Positions 49,065-62,412 of a DNA stretch of 64,000 nucleotides are shown piece after piece. Every line of letters begins with the position of its first letter. Position 1 is the stretch's first letter. The stretch comes from Takakia lepidozioides. Lineage: Eukaryota > Plantae > Bryophyta. The translations under genes and the position numbers were made by a program. Location: positions 36,394,001 to 36,458,000 of the forward strand of contig CM060734.1 of NCBI GenBank assembly GCA_030704615.1. Direction: 5' to 3'. The notes below the pieces were generated by a model, which did not search any database, was not told where the DNA came from, and saw only the letters and a program-made list of their open reading frames with translations.

Positions 49065-50585
49065 CGGTCTCTTCACAGACTATTGAACGAACGAACAATG
49101 TCTCGATGGATGATAGTTTACTACCTCCGGTTGACCGTAGCCCGAGTTAGGTGGAGAAGGGGTTTGGAATCCTGACCGTCGGGGTTTGGATCAGTCCAAA
49201 TCCCGGTACGCGGACAGACGTACGTTAGGTTAACCTGGCCGGAAAGAAAAGTGCATGCCCGTCGTAGATACCGGCGAGGCATCTTGTGTGAATATGCGCA
49301 TCGGCCACTGGAGTTGCCGCCTGGGCGCCCCTCGTGCGGCGACTGGCGCGCAGTGCGGTTTCGCTGCCCGTCCTCAATGTCAATCGCTCCCGACCTTCAC
49401 TGTGAAGAGTTGTTGGCCTGCTCGTGTGTTGACATTGATGGCCCGCCATGGCGGCTCCCACACCTCGCGAGTCGCCATCCATCACCGCCACCTTTTTCTT
49501 TTCTGTTTGTGATCGATGCCTCATTGTCTGCGAGGCAGTGATGGATGCAGCAGCAGGCTGGCGGTGGGTAATCGACAGTCATCCCAATGGGATCACATCC
49601 GAGTGTCACAGGCACTCCAGGACCCACCGAGTTAGTTCTGATACATATATGAAGAAGTGCGAAAGCGAGGCCTGTAAAGCTTGATAAGAGACCAACATGA
49701 GGTGACTTGACTGTAGAAGAGTTAACAAGAACCTCTTAGTGGAGAAATAAAACCCCATAAAGAAAGGGAAAATGTATGAAAGATGCTCTGCCCAAGCGTG
49801 CCCAGCTTCCCATGATTAGTTTGTTGCAAAGCCCCGAAACAGGGACACAATCCATTTATATTCTCACTTTCTTAACGACAAAATAAGTGCCAATCCTTAA
49901 GATGATCAGAGTTTTGGAAGGAGAAGGAGATGTAATCAAGGCTGCAAAATCTGGGGTGACAACAAATCAAGCTTGACTGCAAAGGCTGACTGTCATGTGG
50001 AGATCACGGACAGCTATGTCAACCTCCATGTACAGTTCCTCCTTCCACAGCATAGTCCAAAGTGCACTGACCTCTAGAAGCTCTGTAGCTGAATGTGACA
50101 GATATCCCTGTTCTTTTCTAATATAATGTACAGGAAAAATGTAACAGTGTGTGCTGCATTTCAATTTCATGAGAGTTCCTATTTTGAAGTATACAAAACT
50201 GGCATTGTCTCCTGCAAAAGCATTGTTGGTCGTGCATGGCCCCAAACGTTGATTTTCGGGCTTCTGCTGGCCTATGGACACCATCCTCCTCCAGAAGTTC
50301 AGAGTCGTCTGGGACTCATAAGTCTCGGACAAGGAGAGCAGATAACTCCAGAGGTGGGCCCGGGAGATAACACATCACATTGCCTCAAAAAACTCAAAAT
50401 TGATCTGCGACGTGGTTGATGTCAAGTGCCTCATCTCACTGAATAGAACTAGATTTAGATACGCGATCTGGGGCACCCTCTGGGACTGTAGATCTAAGTC
50501 TAGCAATAGAGCACGGGGAGAGGGCATATAGTGATCCTTCAGGGTGAGCGACACTTGAGGAAAATCCAAATAAAGTCATGGGGGC

Positions 50586-53500
50586 TCATCCAAGGTGCTT
50601 AAGAGCTTGTTGAACGTTTCTTGAAATGCGGTCATGCAGCGGCTCCTGCATCATGCCCCAAACTATAAGCACAAGCATCTATATGGATGCACAACCTCGA
50701 ATGTAAAGGACATTGAAAGTGGCCACTCCAAACTACATCACTTAAAAAGCAGATTATTGGCACAATAACTCACCTTACTGTCAGGAAGCCGAATTTTGGT
50801 ACCTGTTATGCCCTCATATAATACAATGTACCTGCTTGTCCACACAGCCCGTTTCAGATACACAATGATCCATACCTCCCTAAATAGACAACCACCTAAA
50901 CAGTAGTGCAAAGTTCAGTCCAGCCATTGGCCAACTTCTTCAAGAGGAAGTAGTTCTGCAACTACACATTTTTATTCACGTCTCATTTGCCAACTACAAA
51001 CGGACAACGTTGACCCACCGCCAAGCAAGTTCAGCCACCAGTTCCTCCGGTGCAGTTGGCAACACCTGCGACATGTGACAACCACAGCAAGCAGATTACA
51101 CATGCGTACATCAATGAGGTTACAATACTTAAACAGGAAAAACGCTGATGATGTGATGCAGCGAATTATGAAGAGAGGTGGGTGCTGTGCAACCTTGTCT
51201 TGGTAAGGGTTGCAGTTGTTTTTGAACCACAGCCGCAGAAACTCCTGCATGCCCCATCTACCAATATCAACCATCATGTAGTAGCAGTACGGGCACCATC
51301 AGTGACAGGGACCCAGAGTAGCAGCAGAATGACAAAAAGCAGAGATCAAAGAAGACCTTGTCAATACTGTCAGGTTCCAACCCTTTACTGTGACGCTCTT
51401 CATAAGAGGCTGCTACCCAATAACGACTTGAATCTGGAGTGTGCACCTGCATTCATCAACCTCCATTTAGTCCCATTCCTACAAATGTACTCATTAGCCT
51501 TGCCATTTGCTACAGCACGAGAGAGGGACAAAAAAGGAAACAAACATAACAGAGTAGTGGTGCTTCTGCAGCTGTTTAGAAATGAGAGTGCACCTCATCA
51601 ATCAAGAGAATTGATCCATCACTGGCCTTGCCAAACTCATATTTTGTGTCCACTAGAAGCAGCCCATGCTGCAATGCCAGCTCCTGTAGTTCATCACATA
51701 AGAATGCCAGGTCCCCTCTTCAAGTGAGGATGCCAGCCCATTTGAGCCAAAACTAAGGGACACCAGTAGCAGTCTTCTTTGCAATCAATTGTCTACTTCA
51801 CTGATACTGCGATCCTCTAGTCGTTACTGAATTGATTGAGCAAGATATAAGCTGCCTATCAGATGCTGCTGCCCTCATGAACATTGTGGAATACTAGACA
51901 GTTCCAAACTGTAAACATCACTGGTGACAGGGAATAACCGCAACTTAATACTAAGTATAGTACTTCAGGTCTGCTGATTTTCTGTCTTCCAACAGTGTTT
52001 GAGGCATTAAAGATGCTTTCCACTCAAAAAAATTCCCAGGTTCCACTACCCATGATCTCAACCCAAAACGCCCACCACAGACCACTTCAGCGTTACGCCA
52101 CCATCATCCCATCCTGTCTCCTGGAAAAGATAAATTGGACCACCATGACTAAACAATATGTAGAGAACCAGTCTTACCTGACCATAGGCAAACAGGGCAA
52201 GGGCCTTGCTGCGTACTTCCTCAAAATCCTCCTTTGACATCAGCCCTTGCTCCACTATCTATGTCTCATGCACCACAAGACCGCAGGCATTGTCAGATGT
52301 GCAGATCTGAGTGGCAGTATCATAATACTTTAAGACAGACCCAGACCCCTTCAGCTGACACCACCCTTTATGGCCAACGGAATTATAGAAGGTACTTTCC
52401 ATGAGCATTACGAAAGAATGGCTTCAGGTTAAGAGAATAGCTTGACAACCTCGTCCCCTGAAATTGGATAGTCATGGTCCACTGCCTTGGTGGTGGGTGT
52501 CAGAATGTTTTCCTCCAACCTCTGATTCTTCTGCATCCCTGCCATTCTTGCACTTCTCAGCAGCAGGGCATTGGACAAGTGTGGTTTCCATCACAGAAAA
52601 GAAGGGTAAAGAAAGAAAGGAGCTTTGTTGCCTCCACATGAAGCCCAAAGAGCTTCCGGGATCGTAACAAAAGAAACTTATTACTGCGGACACGCTCGAC
52701 TGCAAGCTTCACCATTCAGTTCGGCAAGTACTTGCTGAAGGCTCAGTCCAGTTGGGAGACTTACAAAGGGCACACTAGACAAACAAAGAGAGACAGATGG
52801 ATAGATACCAAACAGAAATACCATGGAACATGTACAAGCTACGGTGGCTGTCCCTTTGGTATCAGCAAAGTTCAACTTATGTACAAAATGAGATAATCAC
52901 CATTGGAAAGAGGGTTGCCACAGTAGTTGCGCACCCCTTCCTTGTAGACTGTCCACAGGGAAGTGCTTGTGCTGCCTGTCACATATCCCCTCACTGCACC
53001 AACATAACCCACACTGCACTTGTAAGTCTCAGAAATACACCAAGCAGCACGAGAGGCACAAACATGCAGACACAAAGTCAATCTCTAAACCTATACACGG
53101 ACACTCCAGCATTGCACCAACATCCAGACTGGCTTATCCCGCCAAGATACTGCAAAGAGTTCTTCATACTCTGGATAATGCAAGCAGGTCATACCTACAA
53201 ATTCCACAGGAAAGACTGAGCACTTTTTTGCAATGGTGACATTCGGGTCTGGTGCTGCCACCAGTGCATTGCTGGTAATGTGCCTCGTCTTGTCAAACCA
53301 CCAAACACTAGTCTCATTCAACACCTGCTCTCTCCCCCGTCCACACATCAGTGGCCGAAACTGCCACCAACATCATCCAAAAAATGCTAATAGACCCACC
53401 ACCCACTCTCAGCTTGCAGCTAATCAACCATGTTGTTCAAACTGAACAAGGGATTGATGTAAATGAATGAGCAAGAAACACAGTGAAGGGATCAAGAATA

Positions 53501-55393
53501 CCTGACCCTTGAATGGCACAGATGCCAGCACACGGTCAAATGCGCTCTGGCGATCAGTGGTCACAAGCACCAGATACTCACCCGCATCATATGTGTCCCT
53601 GACCTGCCCACCCAACCCTCCAGACAATCCACAATTAGGTATGTCTCAGCAGCAATGCCATAGACGACTCGTTTGTGCATCAAGTGAAATGAGTTTGTCC
53701 CTGACAGCAACACAGTTCTGGAGTTAATGTCAAAACTGGGTGGACACACATCCAGCCATCTTGTCAAACTGTAACTGAAGAACAGACCCAAGCCACAGTT
53801 CACCATAACCAAATTGATTTTACACATGATGCTCTGAAAACTACATGTGATAGCCAACAACCTGTCTTTAAACAAGGAGGACTAATGAGAGAGGAAAATG
53901 ACTCGACCTCCTACCTTGCCTTGGATCTTGGGCCCCAGGCCAGGAACGGTATCGGACAGAGATGTTTCAGTAAGGCAATTAGAGAGACCCTCCCTTATGG
54001 CATGTAAGACTTGCGGCCGCCGGGAATCGAGGTCTATTGTGGCAAGAGGGCCATTGAACCGTCTGCAGCATCATAATGCAATGAACCGGTAGTCATGATT
54101 AGGCACCACAGCGGTCCCGAGGTTACCAGGAAAATATGAACTCTTAGGTCAGTCAACTGTCTATAAGAGTCTCCACTGGGACTGAGGCAGCTATGTATCC
54201 ACAGGTCTCCACATACCACATAGATTGAACCGACATAAACACAAGTCCAACTAACCTCCCTAATCACCTAAAAGTTGTCCAGCTCTGAGCAACCATTCAG
54301 ATTTACATGGACCTTCTCTGTTCCAGTGAAATTTCACCTACATTTAGTTCCACAACAGCGGCACAAACCTTACCCAGAGTCCTCCATCCAGAAGGTTCAG
54401 CTTCGCACTAGAGCTACAAATAGGCCGGCCGCTCAACTACATGTCCAGGCAGTCACTCGGCTTGGAGCACTGGCCTGTCCATAATGATGTTCACCAAGTG
54501 AAAAAACTTTCTTTCCGTTTCTGGAAACTGATAGAGGGATGTTCAGGTTCATAGCAAAGCAAACTGTATGTAGTCAGCAACAAGAGAGAGAGAGTTTGCA
54601 CCAGCTCAAAGGCAATCCCAACCTTGCGAAGCAACTGATGCAAAGCCAGAAACTTTCTTTCCTGCTTCCAAGGTCACTAATGCAGCAAACAAACAGACTG
54701 ACGAGGAGATTCGCTACAGCTTAAACAATAGAGCCAAAAAGCAGATGCCATTGGTTAAACTCGGTAAATCTTCCACCTCAACAGTGTAAGCACCCAGACC
54801 AGGGCAAAAAGGGAATCCAAAATAGCAGGTCTACAGGGTTGGCCAACTGCTCTATTTGACTTACAACATTTCACGATTACGTAATCTTGTTGAAAAGTGG
54901 AAAATGGCTACACAGGCTTCTGTTTCCAATAATTCAGTACCTTGGCTTGGCGGGCCGCTCACAATCCATCTATCGCTGGGCCTGGGTATGCGAGGGTGTG
55001 GCAGTGGTAAACAAGACCTGGTTTTTCTGTGACCAACAGCCTGCAGCTTGTGCTTGTCAAAATCTCCGCGCATTTTGAGGACGCCGCAGTGCTGGTTTCC
55101 GGGGATGACGCCAGCCTGCGTCACTGCCTTGCACAAGCGGGGCACCACGGAGTCCCCTCGCTCTCCCGCAAACACCTACTCATTTCATGACCTTCTCAAC
55201 CACGTCAATTCCCACATTGCATGGAATAACCAACTCACTAGAATGGTACAATTCGCAAGAGAGGAAGCTTTACCCTGCTGCTGATGGGAAAACTGGATTT
55301 GGAGCAGCGCCCAGCACCAATACTTGCAAGTTCGGTTGAGGCACAAGGTGATAGAGATGCAGAGGCGATAGTGAAGACGATCGCAGACACCAT
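50586..55393 (-). CDS. PUR7: Phosphoribosylaminoimidazole-succinocarboxamide (SAICAR) synthetase with transit peptide
   Basis: Exons give [73 protein letters not shown] and [11 protein letters not shown]. 5' exons 55274-55393 and 54941-55175 are phase-compatible with an acceptor at 54034. The start is predicted. Confidence 0.92.
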
Positions 55394-56199
55394 TGGTTGA
55401 GACTGATTGTAGTCTGAAGAGAAGAATAATACTTGTTAACCCCGAGCCATCACTGCAAACTGTATAACCAACAATTGCGAAGAAAGACCAACAACGCCTC
55501 GTGAACAGGAAGTTATCGAAGTCCACCAAAAAAATGCAAAGGGAGACAACAGAGCCTAGGGTACAGGGTTTAGGGTACAGAGTTTTGGGTTCATCCGTCC
55601 TCATGTATTTCTTGGTCCTTGTAGAGAGGAGCATCTACTTCGTCTCTCTCGACCCGAGGATGACACTACTAGATCTCTCTTTTTAGCCCCTCTTTTCTCT
55701 TTAAAGTCCTTTTTAATATATATTTTGGGCTCCAGCCTGCGATAGAATAGTTAGAGGTCAATGCATAATAGTTTTCACACCTCCATGATTTCTTGCTCCT
55801 TCCAGAGGACTTGAATGGAATCAATTTAAAGGGTTAAAAGTTGCAATGGAACATACTTAATAGGGTTTCAGTACAATCCTTCAGTAGATGCATGGAGACA
55901 GAAAGCTTCGGCCCTTCCCCCAATTTGAGGTGGGCCCCATATGGTTTATTCCAACAATATTTACAAATGTAATGAATTCATCTTGCTCTACCCTCAAATC
56001 AAGTCCAGACTCCTTTTGTATAAGGTCTTCAGTCTACAAGAATCAACTCATGCTGAGAATGTCGCAGCATGAGAATATGCAGCCAACCATCACATGCAAG
56101 TCATGACACAGACACTGAAGGAATGGCATGGTTAGCTACCAAACACACAATGTGTGCGTTTTCTGTCTCCATGCACCAATGGAGAGGGAATATTACAGC

Positions 56200-59100
56200 T
56201 TCTGCAACACTGTGGAATTAAACTTTATTTTTAGAACTCCTTCATGCACTAGATTTGTTATGAATTCTGCCCCAATCAGGGAGCCTTTCTTGATAAACAT
56301 ACATGCTCCCATGTGTCCCCAGGGGGAAAATAAGCTTGCACCCTTGAGTGCCCTTTATTGAGTACAGGGACCACGAGTATCTCACATCCAACCAGGAATT
56401 GCTGGTAAGTGATGCCTATTATGGTCACCAGAACCTAAACCTGGCATGTCTACCAATTTGATCATATCCGCCAAAACTTGGTTCAATCTTGCACCTGCTT
56501 GTCATTTGCATAGTGCAAAAACAGTTACTGGCATCCCCGTTTTGCTGCCTCCTGCAGTTTAGCCATGAATCCATACAGACCACCAGTGAGCATCAAAATG
56601 ACTCTCTTCTGCTAAGCAGAACTTAAGCCCAGCTCTAGCAACCCTTTCACTTGAACTAAAAATTGTAAGATCTGTGAAGTCTGCATCAATGTCTTCCTCC
56701 AGGAAGAGTCTCTTTGATACAATACCATTCTCTATTGAACTGTCATAAAGTGAAAGCATAATTACCTTGACGAGCTGGCGATGGTAAAACTCCCAAGCTT
56801 TGTACATCTTTGCACATCGAGTGAAGTGCATTAAGGTTCTCTCATTTGAGTAGAACTGTTGAGTTGGCGGCTGGCACATTTCCCTGCTCCAAAAGTTTGT
56901 GCAGTGTACCAACATATATACGAGATTAGTGTAAACTGTAACCATACTACAAAGAAATTCATTCGTCTATGGGACCTAGCATTGAAAACAGACAATCATG
57001 GACACACATTCCAAGGTGGCACTGTCTGTGCCAGCGAACAGCAAAAGTCACCATTTACTCTTATAGGTACAGTCTACTAGCTTTGGACTACTTATGCATG
57101 GTGGCCACCCCAGACAGGGGAAGTACCCTAGCTTGCTACAAGGCTACAACAAACAACATCTTATCTCTCTACATGGCCTTCTACAAATTGATTTTTCTGA
57201 TAGTTTGTAGTGGGAAAAGTCACCTCATGAGTTCTAAATATGGTTGTAAAAGCATTCAGCTCCATCCATCGCATCAGAAGCTCCTCGCTCCGACGGTATT
57301 TGAAGAAGGGCAAATCGACAGTGCAGTAGCCACCAATATCACTGTGATCGAAAGAATAGCCACTAAGACCACTAGTCAGCAGCCCTGTCACAGCACTCTT
57401 TATTCCATCATGCCGCTGCCAGCTCACCATCTGGTCACCTGCCCAAAATAACGTGCTGTAGCGTAGGCTTCCCCTGTATCCAGCCGCATGAAGAAAACTA
57501 GCTTGTCCTCATCTTTCTCATCTCCTTGAGATTGGCTTTCTTCCAACTTGCACTGTATTGATGTTAGCTTACTTTTCCTCAGCTCTTCTTGCTCCTTCTC
57601 CCACTCTTCTACAAACTCTCTGTTTAGCTCTGCCCACATCTCAGGGTACTCGTTGTGAGCTGTGGCAGGGTCTTCACCTGCAGGATAACATCTCCACACA
57701 AATTGAGTGATCAGACGATGGATACCTACACATGAAAATCAGATTGTTGATGAAAAGTGGTAAAGGAATTCAATGTTGCACAGCAGAAGGACAAATAATT
57801 TAGTGACGTTGTCGCCGCATCAGATTGTTCAGACAACCACTTTCTGGAAGATATACAATGGCCAAGGGATGAATTTGCACAGTAACAAACATGCAATTAT
57901 GCTTGTTGCGACTTAGTGTAGCATGGTCTGACTTACAAGGTTACTGCTAGAGAGGCACCCTACCTGAGAAGAGCAAGGAGTCAAAAGGCAAGGACTCTCC
58001 AAAGTCAGCCATCCAACCACGGACACCAGTCTGAACCATGTTGTGCATGATATCTTTGAGCCATTTGCGGGCTGCAGGGTTGGTCAGGTCCACCATGGCA
58101 GAATCAAAGCTAGTGTTGGGAATCATATACGGAGCTCCAAAGTTATCTCCAATCAGAAAACTTCCTTTTTTGGCCTCATCAAGAAAAATTCCTTCTTGAA
58201 TTGGGTTTCTCATCTGTCTGTAAACCAAAACAGAAAACTCAGTCCCAGTGCAAATCTCCGTCCTGGCAAGGGCCCCTGCATTTAAATGCAACCTCTTATG
58301 GAACTGTAATGGCATCCAGATTACACTGGTAAGTGCATATTGATAGTAACCCTCAAAATGCGATTTACTGTGAGCGTGGTTCCATTAGCAGCAACCACAA
58401 TGTCGAGATGGTCTGGCCTATGCAAGGGGTTATGTCTCTTTCAAGGTGTATGATTTCTGTTACTGTGGGACAGCACCTGCACCAGGACACAACCAATGAA
58501 GCTCAACATTGCATAGAAGAGGAGTCCAGATTTACCAGCAAGGTGAAGGAAGGACTTGACACTTACAGGTGCGATGAAAGGATTGCAATAAGTCATAGTC
58601 TGAATGCCATGTGAACGTAAATCACGAACAAGTTTTTCCCAATTTGGATAGTGGTCTTCATCCACTTCCCAGTTCCACCATAACTGCCACCCTATGCTTG
58701 TCTTCCTCTGCCCTACCCAGTCCTGAAACAAACAACTCCCAACATAACTTGTTAAAAACCAATCTGATGGTGCTCTTGATGGTAATAGTGAGCTTGTCCT
58801 TACAGAGAGGGATTTTTCTTAGTATTTTTCAGGGCAAGGTGGGGTGTTGGTTGCAGAGAGAGACAGAGGACCTCACAAACAATGCTAGTCCGTTCAACAA
58901 TGTGGAATTAGACAACTGCAAAGAAAGCTTGAAAGCTAGAGTCGTAATGAGAAGTCGAAAGACATACAGCTAGAAACATAATGACACAAGCCTGGAGGTT
59001 TTCTGAAGGAATGTCTTGGGGCGCTTGCATCAATTCAATTTGATTAAATCAGTCACAAATCATCAAACATAATCTTGAGAAGGTCATGGAAGTGCCTGCA

Positions 59101-61452
59101 ATGAGAAAAGTGCATGTCACACTCACTTGGAGCCAGAATGCAGAGACAGGCACATCAAAGTCTTGGAGCTGCTGCCAAACTTTGCGCACAGCATCCAAAC
59201 CCCCTTGCATACCCACAATAGCACCTTTGGTGATCCACTGAGGAAGTTCGCGCATGCAGTATTCGCCCCTGAATGCAACTTGCATGGACCTGGGGCACCC
59301 AATCGGTGTCACTATCATTCTACCATAGCCCTAACCTAAGAATACAGTGTGCCAAGGTGTTTTTCCTTTTGAGAAATGGTTGCTGAGACTGTTATTCATA
59401 TAGTCCATGGGAAGCCAACTATGGTATACACACTCCACCATCACCCTCCTCCAGGAAAATAGAATTCATGCCCCAGAGCAAACCTTGACCCTTTACTCCC
59501 AACATGCAAGTTTGCTTTAAGTATTGCTCAAAATCACACGTGCATGTAACACTTCCGCAATAACCCATCTATCGGGACAATTTCAAGAACATACACGAGA
59601 AAGAGAAGGAAATTACTCACTTGCACTTGGACGCGGTCATGGCGAGTGAGGTCAAAAAGGGCATGCTCGTAGCCCTACAGGTAGAGGGAGTGCATGTCTG
59701 AAGTCATGTAGTATGGAGCGGGTGCATATGTCGTATGCCAATCTCCTCCTGCCCTGTCGCATCCACCAGTTGCGCCAATCCCAGTTCAAGCACATTCCAA
59801 ACATCATCGTCTTCATTCACACTCCCACCTAACTTGCAGCCAAGTGGTCAACTCTAGAGCTCACCAAAGTAGCATAGGTACTGACCAATGTGTTTAATAC
59901 ATCCAAGCTTTGCAAATCAGAGACACCTACCCCACCAGACTGAAATGGTATCATCTTTAGAAAAACATTGACTAAAGGTGTTTCATATTCACTGCGCCAC
60001 CAGTGTCTGGTGTATGCATCCTGGTATAGCAGCGACTTGTGCACCTTTAATGTATTGTATATGTACAACTGAGGTTTCCAAGGTGCAGAAACGTTCTTAC
60101 AAGAGTCTTTACACTTCAAACAGACGACCATTCACGTACCGATTTGGTAAAATTCAGTTTAGCTTGTAACCCGATAATCTCGGTCAAGGTAAATGGAAGC
60201 CCAAGATCACTGCAAATCCACAGTATTGTCTTTACCAGTGGGCTATACGGTTTTAAGGCATGATCAATCACGGCGAAAGGAGTTGATTGCGGTACCTGTG
60301 GGCTACCAGATTGGCAGCAGCAGTGATGGGTTGGTCCCCTCTTCCCAAGCCCTGTTCCTGGACCATGATGGGCACTCTTCTTCCCTTCATGTCTAAGTAG
60401 GAGAACTGTTCACCAAAACCATAGAATCTCCCCTTTGTTTGATAAATAGGTGAGCTGAATTCGGTTGAATTGGGGCAATTGAACGCCGCTTTGATCCCTA
60501 ACAAGCCTCATAATGCTGGAAACTCTGCCCGGACTCCTCAAGTTTTTCAAGCATTTCCGCACTCTCGTTAGACTTGACTGTCCTCCTCTCACTAAACACC
60601 TCTCCTTCATATCCACTATTCCGACCTCGTTCACTGATCTCCTCCATTTCCGCAAATCACTGTAAGTTGTCAATCGAGCAAAAGCGGAAAAGGGTTCATT
60701 CGACCAAAGCCACTGCAGACGTTCAGGAATATCATACATCTGCCGCAATCCCTCGTGCCTTCCACCTTCACCGAAGAAAATGTCAGGATGATTCAGTGAT
60801 TTGTTTCCCCAAAAATGTCGTGTAATATAATGTTCAAGAGTGACGGGTAAATCCAACCATATCTGAAAGCCAAGATGGTGGTCTCTTCCCTCTATAAACA
60901 TTAGACAATAACGCACACCCACGCTTCGCAGATTTTCGGGAGCGCTAAAGAAGCCCGAGTTTTTTGGGCTATACTTTTGTAAAATGGTCCGCTCTCAGAA
61001 CCTATGCCTTAGCTGTGACCAGCTGCGAGTTGCTCTTCGGCTAGCTTGGCATCATTGTATAAGCAACCTTTGACAAGTACAGTGGGTCCATTTGCTGCTG
61101 TGGTGGTACCATCAGCGTCGGTGGAATCGCAAGGCAACAGGTACACTTCCCCGGCTTGAGGACAGCCACTCTTCTCTGAAATTTTTCCGCAACAGTTGCA
61201 GCCGGTTTTTCTTGGGAGGAAGAAACTAACAGATTTGCTCAAGCAACTCATATTCCACTTGATTTCATTGTGTGTTGGGTTGCTGTTTTGTGGCCCCATT
61301 ATTGTGTTGCACTGGTAGATGAGATTCACGACAGTCTGCATGAGAGTCAGCCCATCTAGTCGCACTCTTCCAGCAGGCCTGAATCGATAGTGGTGCTTCC
61401 TACACCTTCGCACTTTGCATGAAGAACTTACGATGTGCAGGAATATACTCAA
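56200..61452 (-). pseudogene. Glycoside hydrolase family 31, YihQ/sulfoquinovosidase-like, multi-exon pseudogene
   Basis: FYGFGEQFS, EQGLGRGDQP, FWLQDWVG, WWNW, WMADFGE (nucleophile), FWAGDQ (acid/base), HSDIGGY, RTHEGN. Lesions: frameshift at about 60428, TAG at 59675-59677, deletion at about 59255 (ILH..MRELP), frameshift at about 57485, further indels at 56300-56880. The 5' limit is approximate. Confidence 0.9.
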
Positions 61453-61967
61453 TCCCCATATATATCTGCAATCTACTTACTTAAGGGGTGTGCACACTTC
61501 CATCTACCTAGAGGGGGTGTGCACTCTTCAAAACTAGTGGTGCGACGCACTTCTCCTCCAATCCTCTCCAAGAGACGGAGAGAGCCTTAGAGGCGATTCA
61601 ACTAAGTTGAAACCGAAAACGAGAAACCGTTTCCCATTTCGCAGATGCAATGCACCTTTTCTGTATCCAAGCGACCACAAAAACAAAAACTAGACAACCA
61701 GATCAGGCAAGAGCTCTAGAGCTGTGGACATCTGTATGTCTAGATAACTCCTGCAGGAAGGAGGCACTCACATGCAATCATATTCATCACCCGCCATTAC
61801 CCTGCTAACATACATTACTGCTCTAATCTGCACTGCCCAGCATTGCACAGGAGTTACGACTGGGTGGCTACTTAGAAAAGGAGAAGGAGATGGAGGCCCT
61901 GAAGTCACAAAGTAGCTTAATGGAGGAGAGAAGAAGCGAGAGAAAAGGATGTATATAGGTTTGGAAA

Positions 61968-62412
61968 TGTTGGAAAACCATCGAGAAACCCCGATCACTA
62001 ATACGAGAGCATGAGATGTTGAGGAACGAAGAAGAAGATATGAAATGATTCTACCCATAGAAATATATACATGAGTCTCGATCCACTTCACAAGGAAGTC
62101 TACTATTTTAATCTCCGCTGATATCTCCGCTGAGATCTCTAGATAGCTACTACCGCTACCACCGTCATGCAGTGATAATGTTGCACCGCTAAACTATTTA
62201 TGTACAGTTGACTAGGAGGAAAGCTGATATCTAACACTCCTCCTCAGATTTCTTGTTGAGTCTCTGGAAGAACATTTAATCGCTCTCTATGAAACTCAAA
62301 ACTAGTCCTAGGCAGCGGCTTTGTAAACATGTCAGCAGCCTTTAGTTGTGTTGGACAATATTCCCACTCTATTTCTCCTTCATCCACCTTCTCTCGGATG
62401 AAGTAGAACTGC
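61968..62412 (-). mobile_element. Ty1/copia 3' end: RNase H C-terminus, PPT and 269-bp LTR
   Basis: Minus frame FYFIREKVDEGEIEWEYCPTQLKAADMFTKPL. PPT GAGGAGGAG abuts the LTR at 61968-62236 (TGTTGG...CTAACA). Interrupted at 62413 by a CACTA end. Confidence 0.88.

Noticed and set aside
59675-59677. Rescue of the GH31 TAG by U-to-C RNA editing
   Set aside because: Such editing is known for organellar transcripts, and this nuclear gene has several additional indels.
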